64,000 nucleotides of DNA from Mobula birostris (taxonomy: Eukaryota). Numbering within the stretch: position 1 is the first letter of the stretch; each line of letters begins with the position of its first letter. Positions 24,520 through 36,460 of the stretch are shown one piece after another. A program made the translations under genes and the position numbers. The notes under the pieces were generated by a model. The model was given only the letters and a program-made list of their open reading frames with translations, did not search any database and was not told the DNA's origin. The stretch is taken from NCBI RefSeq assembly GCF_030028105.1, contig NC_092397.1, forward strand, positions 22,702,630-22,766,629, written 5' to 3'.

Positions 24520-25430
24520 AGGATCATGAAGCAGCCTGACCTGCTCAGTTTCTCCAGCATTTTGTGTGTGTTGCGAGGATTTCCAGCCTCTGCACAGTTT
24601 CTCGTTTGTGATTCGACTTCTGTACTTCAAAGTCCCTTTAATGGATGCCTACCCTGAAGAAGTTTAAATCTTCCCTTCGACGGGAGTTCAGTGAAACCCT
24701 CTCTCACTGTCGCCCCCTCTGCAATTTCAGCTCTTCTGTTTCTGCTGCGTTTCATTGCGAGCTGGGAAACGCTGCGCTGTCCGGAGGCAGCGCTCCGTAC
24801 TGCAGTCGCGATGAGTACAGTGGGAATTGAATCTGTTCTACGTGTTTCAGTCACATATACCGAAATACAGTGAAATGCTTCTCTTCCTCTCTGTTCATAG
24901 AGATCAAATACACAGAGCATTAGGAGAGGGCAAAGTGAAGCAATAAGCAAATACAGAATAAAGTGTAACAGCCACAGGGAAAGCACGGCGCAGGTAAATA
25001 ATATGCTGCAGCACCATAACGAGGTGGATTGTGAGGTCAAGAGTCCATCTTATCGTACTAGGGATCCATTCAATAGACACAACTTTCCATGAGACTGTGA
25101 TGTGTACCTTCTGCTGGATGAAGGAGGGAGACCAGAAAATATCTGGGGCGCGTTGTGTCTTTGATCAGGAATCTGTATGTTCGATTTGACCAGAAAGTGT
25201 ACGTTTCCTCGAGCAGAGTCCTTGGAACTAACGGACTTCCGGGGTCTAAAGTTATGTTTTTCATTCAATTTGGGGTCCTCGATCCTCCTACATCAGGGAC
25301 CACCACCATCGTACCTGAGGGATCCATCTGATCCATTAGAGTGAATTTCACTGACAGTAAATTGCCCATGAATTCTGCGTTCATAGTGCTTGGTGAGAGG
25401 TTATCTTTTTCAGTCTAAAAGTGTACAACC

Positions 25431-25502
25431 TGCGATGGCCGGGAATCGAACCCGGGTCAACTGCTTGGGAAGCAGCTATGCTCACCACTATACCACCATC
25501 GC
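25431..25502 (-). tRNA. tRNA-Gly, anticodon CCC on a Gly(TCC)-type body
   Basis: Reverse complement GCGATGGTGGTATAGTGGTGAGCATAGCTGCTTCCCAAGCAGTTGACCCGGGTTCGATTCCCGGCCATCGCA; acceptor, anticodon and T stems pair, A and B boxes intact, minus-strand TTTT at 25417-25420. Confidence 0.9.
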
Positions 25503-25999
25503 CCCATGATGCAAACCAGATTCGGTTACTGAATGATCTCTGATGCTATAAGAGTCTGTAACTCGATTCTCAGTGCCTGAGCTGTTTTCTGAAGGATCAT
25601 GCCTCACTCTGTTGCAGTTCCTATTCCGACCACTAGATGTCGCGACGTTCCGACAGACCGGAGAAACACAGCTCCTGAGATCCGACTGAAGGGAGAATCG
25701 ACCCGAGAGATTCGAAGGGCTACAAATGGTTTCCTGCTTGACGTATCAGTAAATGGGAACCAAATTCTGATTATAAATATCCGTTCAAACAAACACGCGG
25801 TTAGACTTTAATAGGATCCCTTCCTTTGGCCAGTCCTTGAACTCAATCAGTGACTGAATCACTGAAGAAGTCTGAGACCCCTCCAGTCACACAGTGAGGA
25901 GGGGATGGGTAAAATGCTCCACCTCTACACTCAGCAAACAGACATCAGAGTGACTCTACACCCTGACATCCGTGTGACAGGTTACACACTCCTGTTTAT

Positions 26000-26059
26000 T
26001 CCTCGTTAGTTTCCCCGCCTGTCACGCGGGAGAGAGGGGTTCGATTCGCCGACGGGAAG
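26000..26059 (+). pseudogene. tRNA-Asp(GTC) pseudogene lacking the D-arm
   Basis: TCCTCGTTAGT-TTCCCCGCCTGTCACGCGGGAGAGAGGGGTTCGATTCGCCGACGGGAAG, 60 nt; 12-nt deletion between AGT-ending repeats plus T-stem mismatches. Confidence 0.85.
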
Positions 26060-26499
26060 ACCGTTTTCCTGCTTCAAATGAAGGCGGGATTAGAATATGG
26101 GAGAGTCTGGTGTGCAAATAGCCCGCGGCTGGAGAGTCTCCCGAGAACAAGAGACGGTCTGTTCAGCATTTTTTTTCAGTGTTCCATCATCGTGTCTGTA
26201 CTTCAACGCCGTTCGGCGTTAAACTCGGTGACCGAATCCTTCACTCCGAAACATTAAACCGGGGCTGCTGCTCCAAGATATGAACCCCCGCACTTTCCCA
26301 CCACTCATGGCGACTCTGTCAGATTCCCTGGGTGACTGTGCGGAGAAGACAGGCAAAGGTACAGCTGGAACACTTTGGAGAGAACCAAACCATGTGGCCG
26401 TGTTTACCAACGGGTTCAAAGTCACCCTGCCCCTCCCGCAGCCCCGGACCCTCCGACCAGACGCTCAAAAAGTGCACTGGAGGAAGGTTAGCTTAATGT

Positions 26500-26570
26500 T
26501 TGTGACGTCATTGCAGCATGTACGTAAACGCTGCGTGGCCCCGCCCCTGCACCTGATTGACAGCAGAACC
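26500..26570. promoter_or_regulatory. Pol II promoter-like motif cluster (CRE, GC box, TALE decamer)
   Basis: TGACGTCA 26503-26510, GGCCCCGCCCC 26537-26547, TGATTGACAG 26554-26563 in CpG-rich unique sequence. Confidence 0.55.
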
Positions 26571-27524
26571 AAGAAGAGGGTTCGAGCTGCTGACTGGCTC
26601 CGGAGCAGTAGCGGTTGGTGGCGCTGGCTGTGAATGTGTGGGGATTGTGGGAAATAATGTAGGTTCAGGAGGGGCCCTCCGTCTGGAAAAAGATCCGGAA
26701 ACTGAGGGTTCTGGTGAATGCGGGAGGAGGTTGGAATGAAGTTGAATTTACATCTGGAATCTGGATCTGGAATAATTTCAAGTGATTTGTTAGGAAAGGC
26801 TGGATACTTTGGAAGGAAAAAAGACTTCAAGGTAATGTTTGAATCTGACCTGGAACAGCCTTCTTTCATCAATCCCATTAAATTAACTGCAATAACACAC
26901 GAAATGCTAGAGAAACGCAACGGCAACTATGGAAAAGAGTTCAGTCGACATTTCGGACCGAGACCATTCATCAGACCTGAGTTCCTCCGGCATTGTTATG
27001 TGTTGTTTGGATATCCAGTATCCGCACGTTTTCTCGTTTGAAATTAACTGCAGAGTTGAAATCTGCTTCAGGGAGTATAGAATGTGCTCAAACCTGAAGA
27101 GGAGGAGATGTGCCAATCGTTAAGATAAGAAACTGTGAGAAGGCTTTATTGGGTTAAAATAAGATAATATCTCTGTTTCCTGATGAAAATAGAGATATCC
27201 GGGGTGTTAGAACTGTCACAAAGGGGTGCTGGGAACGGACCCAAATGCGAGACACAGACATTGAAGTACAAGGAACAGGACTTGACTAGAGTAGGGACGT
27301 GACAGGATTCAGACCAGGAACAGGGACAAAAACGCAGACGTGGGCTGGGGAAAGCGGGACCAGGGCTAGAAACCATGGACTAGGAGACAAGCTGGGGCCT
27401 TTGCTCTTGAGCTTGGCTGCGGGATCGTCGAGGCTTGGGTTCTTGGAGATCAGAGACAGACTCGGGACCGAACATCAACATAGAGCCGGGACTTAACCTT
27501 CGAAAAGCCGGGACTCATCTTTAA

Positions 27525-27722
27525 GCAACACACATCAAAGTTGCTGGTGAACGCAGCAGGCCAGGCAGCATCTCTAGGAAAAGGTACAGTCGACGTTTCA
27601 GGTCGAGACCCTTCGACAGGACTAACTGAAAGAAGAGCTAGTAAGAGGTTTGAAAGTGGGAGGGGGAGGGGGGATCTAAAATGATAGGAGAAGACAGGAG
27701 CGGGAGGGATGGAACCAAGAGC
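27525..27722 (-). mobile_element. Penelope terminal-repeat fragment
   Basis: gctggtgaacgcagcaggccaggcagcatc...gtcgacgtttcaggtcgagacccttcgacagg; minus-strand hammerhead core mutated to CTGTCGA. Related fragments at about 20966-21090, 22660-22815, 45150-45255 and 46920-47052. Confidence 0.75.
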
Positions 27723-27769
27723 TCGCATATCAGCTCTTGTCTGAATGATGACTTGTATCCTCTCCAATT

Positions 27770-29037
27770 CCCCTACTGAAGCAACAGCAGATGCTGTCTC
27801 GTTGGCTCTTCACACAACTCTGGAACATCCTTTCATCAAAGATGCAAACATCTGGATGCCCTTTGTTGATTACAGCTCAGCACACAACACCATCATCCCC
27901 TCAAAACTAATCAGTAAACTCCCAGTCCTGGGCCTCAATACCCCCATGTGAAATTGGATCCTGGATTTCCTCAGGTGCAGACCCCAGCCAGTTCAGATTG
28001 GCAAAAACATCTCCTCCACAATCTCTATCAGCACAGGAGCACCATAGGGAAGTGTGCTTAGCCCCCAGCTCTACTCGCTTTACACCTATGACTGTGTGGC
28101 TGAGTACAGCTCCAACACCGTATACAAGTTTGCTGATGACACCACTGTTGTGGGCTGTATCAAAGGTGGTGGTGAATTGGCATGCAGTAGGATGACAGAA
28201 AACTTGGTTGAGTGGCATAATAACAACAACCTCTCAATCAATGTCAGTGAGACCAAGGGACAGATTGTTGACTTCAGCAGGGATCTGGAGGTACATGAGC
28301 CAGTAATCAAAGTACGATCAGAAATGGAGAGAGTCAGTAACTTTAAATTCCTGTGTGTCACTCTCTCAGAGGACCGGTCCTGGACCCATCATATAAGTAT
28401 TACTGTGAACAAGGCATGACAGCTTTTCTACTTCCTCAGGAATCTCAGAGATTCAGCATGCCATTGAAAACTTTGTCAAACTTCTATAAATGTCTGATGG
28501 AAGGTGTGCTGACTGGCAGCATTATGAACTGGTATAGGAACACCAATGTCTTTGAGTGGAAATTCCTACGAAGCTAGTGGATTCAGCCCAGCTACATCAC
28601 GGGTAAAACATTCATAACCACTGAGCACATCTACATGAAACATAGCCGTAGGGAAGCAACATCCATCATCAAAGATCCTCACCACACAGGCAATGCTCTT
28701 TTCTCACTGCTGCCATCAGGCAGAAGGTACAGGTGCCTCAGTACACGCTCCACCAGGTTCAAGAACAGTTACTACCCCTCAACCATCAGGGACTTGAACA
28801 AAAGGGGATAGATACACTCACGTCAGGAATCTTTTCAGGACTCTGTTACATGGTTATTTCATGCTCATTATTTATTGCTTTTTTTCTGAATTTTCACTGT
28901 TTGTTTACAGTTTATAATTCCTCATATTTACAGTTCACAGTAAGTTATATTGATTTGCTAAGAATTGCCGCAGAAAAGAATCTCAGGGTTGTATGTGGTG
29001 ACATGAATCTACTGTGAGAATAGATTTTACTTTGAAC
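27770..29037 (+). mobile_element. Rex1/Babar LINE RT fragment with 3' tail
   Basis: FVDYSSAHNTIIP, LSPQLYSLYTYDC, KFADDTTVVG, FKFLCVTLSEDRSWT. Confidence 0.9.
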
Positions 29038-29359
29038 TAGATGGTGATATTTTCGTACCATGAGGACAACTTACTTTGGGTTAAAATTTTGGCTTTGACA
29101 ATATTTTTCCGTGACGCTCTTTCTTCATGAATTTTTCAGTGATCTAGTTACAAGGTTTTTATCCCAAATTATAAAAGATTATCCAACAAAAATATGCAAA
29201 ATACAAACATTAAATATGTATAATGCCGCAGAGTCATATTAAAATATGAATATTACTGTCTCTAACACACTCAATTCCCGTGGGTGGGGAGGGAGTCACC
29301 GATCCCGGAAATCTCCGTCTGCACCCACTCTGTTTACAATGGTGGCAAGTTTTTCAGCG

Positions 29360-29520
29360 GCTCCACTGATTGACAGCTCCCTCTGCGCCGCCTCCCGGGC
29401 AGCTCACTCACCGTCACGTGACACGTCGAGACAACCAATCAGTGACGGAGTGACGTCACAGATGTCCCACCTCCGTCGTTTCCTGGGGAACGGTAAATCC
29501 CGGCTGGTGGCGTCAGGACT
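29360..29520 (+). promoter_or_regulatory. CpG-rich promoter module (copy A)
   Basis: TGATTGACAG 29367-29376, GTCACGTGAC 29413-29422, CCAATC 29435-29440, GTGACGTCAC 29450-29459, degenerate X-box GTTTCCTGGGGAAC 29478-29491. Confidence 0.7.
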
Positions 29521-29590
29521 ATGGCGACGTGGGCTCGATCGTTTCGGCTCCGCTGTGGGATCCGCCTCTCCTCTTCCTACCCGCGGAACA
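29521..29590 (+). CDS. Candidate first coding exon of an unidentified gene (MATWARSFRLRCGIRLSSSYPRN)
   Basis: Kozak-context actATGG, donor ACA|GTGAGT at 29590/29591, directly downstream of promoter module A. No downstream exons identified in the window. Confidence 0.4.
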
Positions 29591-31884
29591 GTGAGTGTCT
29601 GTCAGCGCCTCCCTGCACCGGCTCTCTGCCTCAGGTACAATATTTAAACATATTTGCACAGTCACATGGATGGGAAAGGTTGAGAGGGATACGGGCCCAA
29701 TGCAGGCAGATGGGCCGAGTTCAGGTCGACAACTTGGTCGGCGGGGATGAGTTGTACCGAAGGGACTGTTTCATTTCTGTATAAACCAGTGACTCTATTT
29801 TGGGAGTTAATTCCGGATGCCAGCTCTTCTCTGTGTGAAATATTTACCCCTCAGATCCCCTTTGAATCTGTCTTTAGACAGTTTTGTCCAACTCTAATGC
29901 AGTTCTTTGGCTGACAAGGCAAGTAGAACACACAACCCTGTCTACCTGTGATGCCACATACAGGGAACTGTGTAACAATATTAGAGGCACATGCACAGGG
30001 GCTTCAGTGAGCAAGGCCCAGAGGGTTATGAAACTAATGCAGGAAAGTGGGATTAGTACAGCTGTGCATGATGGAGAGCATAAATGTGATGGACCAGAGG
30101 GTCAGTTTCTATCCTGTACAACCCTGACCACAGCAGTCCTCCAATGCAGTGGGGTTTGTCACCTTCATTCTCAGCTGTGAGCTTGTTCCACTGAACCCCT
30201 TATCCTCTGAGAAGACATTTGCACCCTCCCACCGTGAGCAAGCTGTCAGCCATCTGTCCTAATATCACCCAGAGTACTTCACCAAATTCCTATTTCAAAG
30301 TATTGTAACTGGTGCCCAGGAAATGGGAGCATTTTGGTAGCCTTTTAAGGGGGTTTGTTCAGTACTTGACCATTAATACCTTTGTACAACAAAAATCCAC
30401 CGTACTGGGTTCTGAATGTTTTAGCTGAGTCCATCCTGAAGTTCTGTGTTTCAGGTTCCCACTGCACTTTCACAGTCAGTGGTTTCTGCATGTCCATAGT
30501 GGCCATCGAGAATCTGTCTTTGCTAACTCAGCACTTGGTCTGTCTCCTACCCTGCCTTGGTGATTCAAATGCTCATCCAGATGGTCCTTAAATACCAGCC
30601 TGCACCACCCCCTCAGGCAGAGTGTTCCAGATTGTAACCTCCTGGGGTGCGAGGGCAGTTTTCCTCAGATCCTCTCTAAACCACACATTTCTCCCATTCA
30701 ACTTAGTTGCACACACCGCATACTTGTGTGTATTAAATTCCATCTGCCATTTTTCCAGCTGGTCCACGTCCCATGTCAAGATTAGCAATCCTTCCTCGCT
30801 GTCCTCTGCACCCTTAACCTTGGTGTCATCTGTAAATTTGCTGATCCAGTTTAATACATTCTCATCCAGATCATTAATACAGATGGAAAACAACAATGGA
30901 CCCAGCACCGGGAAGTTCAACCAGGGCAGGATGTACACAGTGAATGACAGGTTCCTGAGAAATGTTCATGAACAGAGACTTTGTGTGTTTCTGCCTCCAC
31001 TACTTCCTCTGGCGGCTCATTTGGGATACCAGCTATTCTCTGTTACATTGACTGTTCCATTTATTATAAATTACTGTGATTGCATAGTTAGATGGAGACA
31101 CGATGTAAAGATTCTTACTCCTGATGTATGTGAAGGATATAAGAAATAAAGTCAATTCAATTCAATTCAATTCTCCATGCAAAATATTTACCCTCAGATC
31201 ACCTTTAAACCTCCTCCCTCTCACTTTAAATCCATTCCCTTTAGTTTTAGACAGTTTCAGTCAGAAAACAGTCTCTGCCTCTCTAACCTTTATATGCCTC
31301 ACATAATTTTATCCACCTCCATCAACTCACCTTTCAGATCCCCTTTAAACCTCCAATCTCTCACGCCAAAACTACTCCCTTCAGTTTTCAGAGTGAGAAA
31401 ACTGTTCCTTCCCTAGAAGACCCTGGGGAGTGAACAGTTTCTGCCTACCCATCTCCAGATGATTCCATTAATCCATGAAACTGTCCCCTGCACCAGATTC
31501 TCAGCCACACATTCATCAGTGGTATCTTCCTATATCTCTCTGCACTAATAAGTGTCACTGGCGGTAATATGAAGCTTAGTAATTTTAGTTTCTCTCTTCT
31601 TCCTCTATATTTACTGCACAGGGCACATCCCGCCTCCTCCCTACATTGCTATTACTAACATGCACCGTCCACCACCATGTCTGGCTGCTCAGCCTTCCAT
31701 TTGAAATGTCCTGCGACTGCTGCGAGACCATCAGACCATGAAGTACAGGAGAAGAATTAGGCCATTTGGCCCCATGCAGTTTGCTGCACCATTCTGCCAG
31801 GGATCAGCAATCATGACAGATCTCTTAACCCTCTCAAATCCTCTTCCTACCCCCACCAAGAATCAAGAACCTCCACATTAAATA

Positions 31885-34020
31885 CAGTCATGTCACTTTT
31901 TATTGTCATTTCGACCATAAACTGCTGGTGCAGTACGCAGTAAAAACAAAACAGCATTCCTCCAGGACCATGGTGCTACATGAAACAACACAAAACTACA
32001 CTAGACTAAGTGAGATAAGAAAAGGTGACACAGAAACTACACTGGACTACAGACCTACACAGAGTGCACAAAACAGTGCAGGGCAGTACAATAAATAATA
32101 AACAAAACAATAGCCACAGATTACAAAATAATAATGATGTAGCTGTCAGTCTAGACTCTGGGTATTAAGGAGTCTGATGGCTTGGGGGAAGAAACTGTTA
32201 CCCAGTCTGGTCGTGAGAGCCCGAATGCATCGGTACCTTTTGCCAGATGGCAGGAGGGAGAAGAGTTTGTATGAGGGGTGTGTGGGGTCCTTCACAATGC
32301 TGCTGGCTTTACGGGTGCAGCGTGTGGTGTAAATGTCTGTAATGGTGGGAAGAGAGACCCCGATGATGATCTCAGCTGTCCTCACTATCCGCTGCAGGGT
32401 CTTGCCATCCGAGACAGTGCAATTTCTGAACCAGGCAGTGATGATGCAATATCCCCAATGAATTGGCCACAGCCATCTGTGGGGATGAATTCAGAGTCAG
32501 AACCAGAATTAAGTTCATTACCACCGGTGTGTGTCATGAAATTTGTTAATTTAGCAGCAGCAGTTTAATGCAGTACATGATAATATAGAAAGAATAAATA
32601 AATCAGTATGTGTGTATAGGGATACATATATTATGTAGATTAAAAACAGTGCAAAAACAAATAATATAGTTTAAATAATATACAGTAAATAGAATACATC
32701 TATAGAAGTTTTTGAGTGTTTTAAAGTGACAGACCAAATATCTTCAAATCCCTGATGAAATATATCCACTGTCTTGCCTTTTTGATACTGTAGCTGCATC
32801 AATATGTTGTGACCAGGTTAGATCCTCAGAGATGTTGACACCCAGGAACTTGAAATTGTTCACTCTCTCCACTTCTGATCCTTCTCTGAGGATTGGTTCG
32901 TGTTCCCTCATCGTACCCTTCCTTCAATCAGCTCTTTTGTTTTACTGACATTAAACACAAGGTTGTTGCTGTGATACCACTCAGCTAGCTGGTGTAGCTC
33001 GCTCCTGTATGCCCTGTCCTCTCCATCTGAAATTCTACCAACAGCAGATTTGTAGTTGGCTTTTGAGCTATACTTAGCCACACGGTCATGGTTATAGAGG
33101 GAGTAGAGCAGTCGGCTAAGCACACATCCCTGAGGTGCACCAGGGCCAGTGTTGATCGTCAGCGAAGAGAAGATATTAATTTGAACTTGAATTGACTTTA
33201 TTTCTTACATCCTTCACGTACATGAGCAGTAAAGATCTTTACGTTATGTCTCCGTCTAAATGTGCAATCATAGTGATTTATACTCATTGATAATAAATAG
33301 AACAGTCAATGTAACATAGAAATGCCCTCAAATCAGTGTGAGTTAATCAGTCTGATAGGCTGGTGGAAGAAGCTGTCCCGGAGCCTGTTGGTTCTGGCTT
33401 TTATGCTGCGGTACCATTTCCTGGATGGTTGCAGCTGGAATAGATTGTGGTTGGGGTGAGTCAGGTCCCCAGTGATCCCTCAGGCTCTTTTCTCACACCT
33501 GTCTTTGTAAATGTCGTGAATCATGTGAAGTTCACAACTACAGATGTGCTGGCCTGTCCACACCACTCTCTGCAGAGTCCTGCGATTAAGGGAGGTACAG
33601 TTCCCATATCAGGCAGTGATGCAGCCAGTCAGGATGCTCTCAATTGTGACCCTGTAGAAAGTCCTTAGGATTTGGGGGCCCATAGCAAACTTCCTCAACT
33701 GTCTGAGGTGAAAGTGACGCTGTTGTGCCTTTTTCACCACACAGCCTGTATGTATAGACCATGTGAGCTCAGTAATATTGATGCCGAGGAACTTAAAGCT
33801 GTTTACCCTCTTAACCCCGGATCCATTGATGTCAATAGGGGTTAGCCCGACTCCATTAATCCACACATTCTGATTATCACCAGTCTGCACAGATTGTGGT
33901 CTCCCGGTTAGGAAGTCGAGGATCTAACTGCAGAGGGACCAGGTTCTGTAGTTTAGTAATCAGGACTGTGGGAATGATGGTGTTAAACACTGAGCTCTAG
34001 TCAATGAACAACATCCTGAC
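31885..34020 (-). mobile_element. Stack of Rex1/Babar LINE fragments
   Basis: ORFs 32146-32385 (SLLPSGKRYR...NSFFPQAIRLLN), 32908-33123 (LYSLYNHD...NVSKTKELI) and 33609-33890 (FKFLGINIT...KKAQQR). Confidence 0.8.
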
Positions 34021-34021
34021 A

Positions 34022-36460
34022 CAGGCTTCACAGATTCACTACCTTTACTGAGGAAATTACTCCTCATCTTTGTTCTAACAGGGTGTCCTAGTATTCTGAC
34101 GCTGTGTCCTGTGGTCCTCGACTGCCCACTCCATCCCAGGCCTTTCGATATTTGATTGGTTTCAACAAGATTCCCTCATTCTTCTAAAGTCCATTGAGTA
34201 CAGGCCCAGAGCCATCAAACAATCCTTGTGCATTAACCCTTTTATTGCCAGGATCATTCTTGTGAACCTCCTCTGGACCCTCTCCTATGCGAGCACGTAC
34301 TTTTTTAGATAAGGGGCCCAAAATAGTTGACAATATTCCAAGTGTGATCGGACCAATGCCTTATCAATCTTCAGCATTACATCCTTGCTTTTGTATTGTA
34401 CTCCTCTCTAAATGAATGCTAACATTGCATTTGGCTCTTCCTTACCACCGAATCAACCGGCAAGTTTATCTTTAGGAAATTCTGCACATCTGAGACATGC
34501 CTGACCCTGGTACCCAGGAGGGGACACACCATCGTGTCACCTCTCTTGCAGCCACAGAATCTCCTGCACATCCCCTGTACTGTGAGTCTGCTGTCATCAC
34601 TGCTGTGATTGACCATTCCTCCCGCGGAGCATCGGACCGGGGTGTCAGTACCACCGACCTGACGGGCTGCTGTGCTCTGGTTCGTCATCCTCCCAGGGGT
34701 ATCCAAATGAGTGTACTTGTTACCGAGGGTCACAGCCACAGGGAGACATTGCACTGTCTGTCTCTTCCCCTTTCCAGTCGTGGTCGTTACCAAACTATTT
34801 GCAGCCTGACCTCAGGTTTGACCAACCCACTGAATCTCTGGGTCTGTCCATCTCCAGCTCCATTTCCTTCACACGGTCAGTCAGGAGCGTTACCTCTTTC
34901 AGAACCCTGGGGTACAGTTCATCTGGTCCGGGTGACTTATCAACCCTCAGGTCTTTCAGCTTTTTGAGCACCTTTTCCCTTGTAATAATAACTGCACTCT
35001 CTTCTCTACCCTCACACCCTTCAGCATCTGGCACACTGCTAGTGTCTTCCACTGATACAAAATACTCATTTAGTTCATCTGCCATTTCCTTGTATCCCTC
35101 CCCCAACCCCCAGCGTTATTATTCCTCTGGCCTCATTTTCTAGCAGTCCTTTACCCAGTCTCATCTCTCTTTTATTTTTACGTACTTGAAAAAGCTAAAA
35201 CTATCCATTTTGATCATGTTTGCCAGCTTGCTTGCATGTTTCATCTCTTCCCTCTTTAGGTTGCTCTCTGTCAGCTGTTAAAGCTTCCCGATCCTCTGTA
35301 TTCTGAATAATTTTTGCTTGTTGTATGCCCTCCCTTTTGGTTTTACATTAGCATTGACTTCCTTGTCAGCCACGGTTGTACTATTTTGCCATTTGAGTAT
35401 TTGTTTGTTTCTGGAATACATTTATCCTGCACCTTCCTCATTTTCCCCAGAAACTCACACCATTGCTGCTCTGCTGCCATCCCTGCCAGCATTTCCTTCC
35501 AATTTACTTTAGCCAACTCCTCTCTCATACCACTGTAATACCTTTACTCCACTGAAACACTGCTGTGTAAGACTGTACTTTCTCCCTGTCCAATTTCAAG
35601 TTGAACTCAATGATACTGAGATCACTGCCTCCTAAGGGTTCTTTTACCTTAAGCTCCCAAATCACCTCCAGTTTATTCAATAACATATAATCCAGTATAG
35701 GTGATCCGCTAGTACCTCAATGACAAACTGCTCCAAAAAGCCATCTGTTCAGCATTCAGCAAACTCACTCTCTTGAGATCTATTTCCAACCTGATTTTCC
35801 CAATCAACCTGCATGTTAAAATCTCCCATGACTCCGATGAAATCTCCCACAACATTGCCCTTTTGACCTGCCTTTTCTATTTCCTGTTGTAACCTGTGGT
35901 CCATATCCCAGAAACTGTTCGGAGGCCTGTATACAACTGCCATCAACGTCTTTTTTACACTTGCAGTTTTTAAACTCAGCTCACAAGGATTCAACATCTT
36001 CCAATCCTTTGTCACATCTTTCTACTGATTTGTTACCATTCTTTACCAGCAGAGCCATTCCATCCCCATTGCCCACCTTCCTGTCCCTCTGATACGTTTA
36101 ACCTTGGGCACTTAGCTCCCAACTACAAACATTCTTCAGCCGTGATTCAGTGATGGTCACAACATTATACATAACCATCCATAATAGGGCAATAAGATTA
36201 TGCATCTTATTTATGAAACTCTGTGAACTGAGATATAACAGTTTGAGTTCTGCATTTGCTACCCTTCTTCATTCTGCATCCCTCATGCACTGATACTCAC
36301 CCTGCTGGCTGCAGTTATGTCCTGTCATCTGCCTGCCCTTCCTGACAGTGTGACTGCATGCGATCTTTGTTTTTTTACCATCTGTCCTATCCTGAGTCCC
36401 TTCACGCCTGTTCCCACGCCCCTGCCAAGTTAGTTTAACCCTCCCCAACTGCTCTAACAA
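34022..36460 (-). mobile_element. Rearranged CR1 LINE (EN, RT and ORF1 pieces)
   Basis: VVYRPPN...MGDFNMQVDW (35749-36015), KSPGPDELYPRVLKE (34795-35106), and an ORF1-like segment at about 34490-34880. Confidence 0.8.

Noticed and set aside
27214-27520. Possible Gypsy solo LTR starting TGTCACA
   Set aside because: No matching CA end or TSD could be found; it is truncated by a Penelope fragment, so it is not called.
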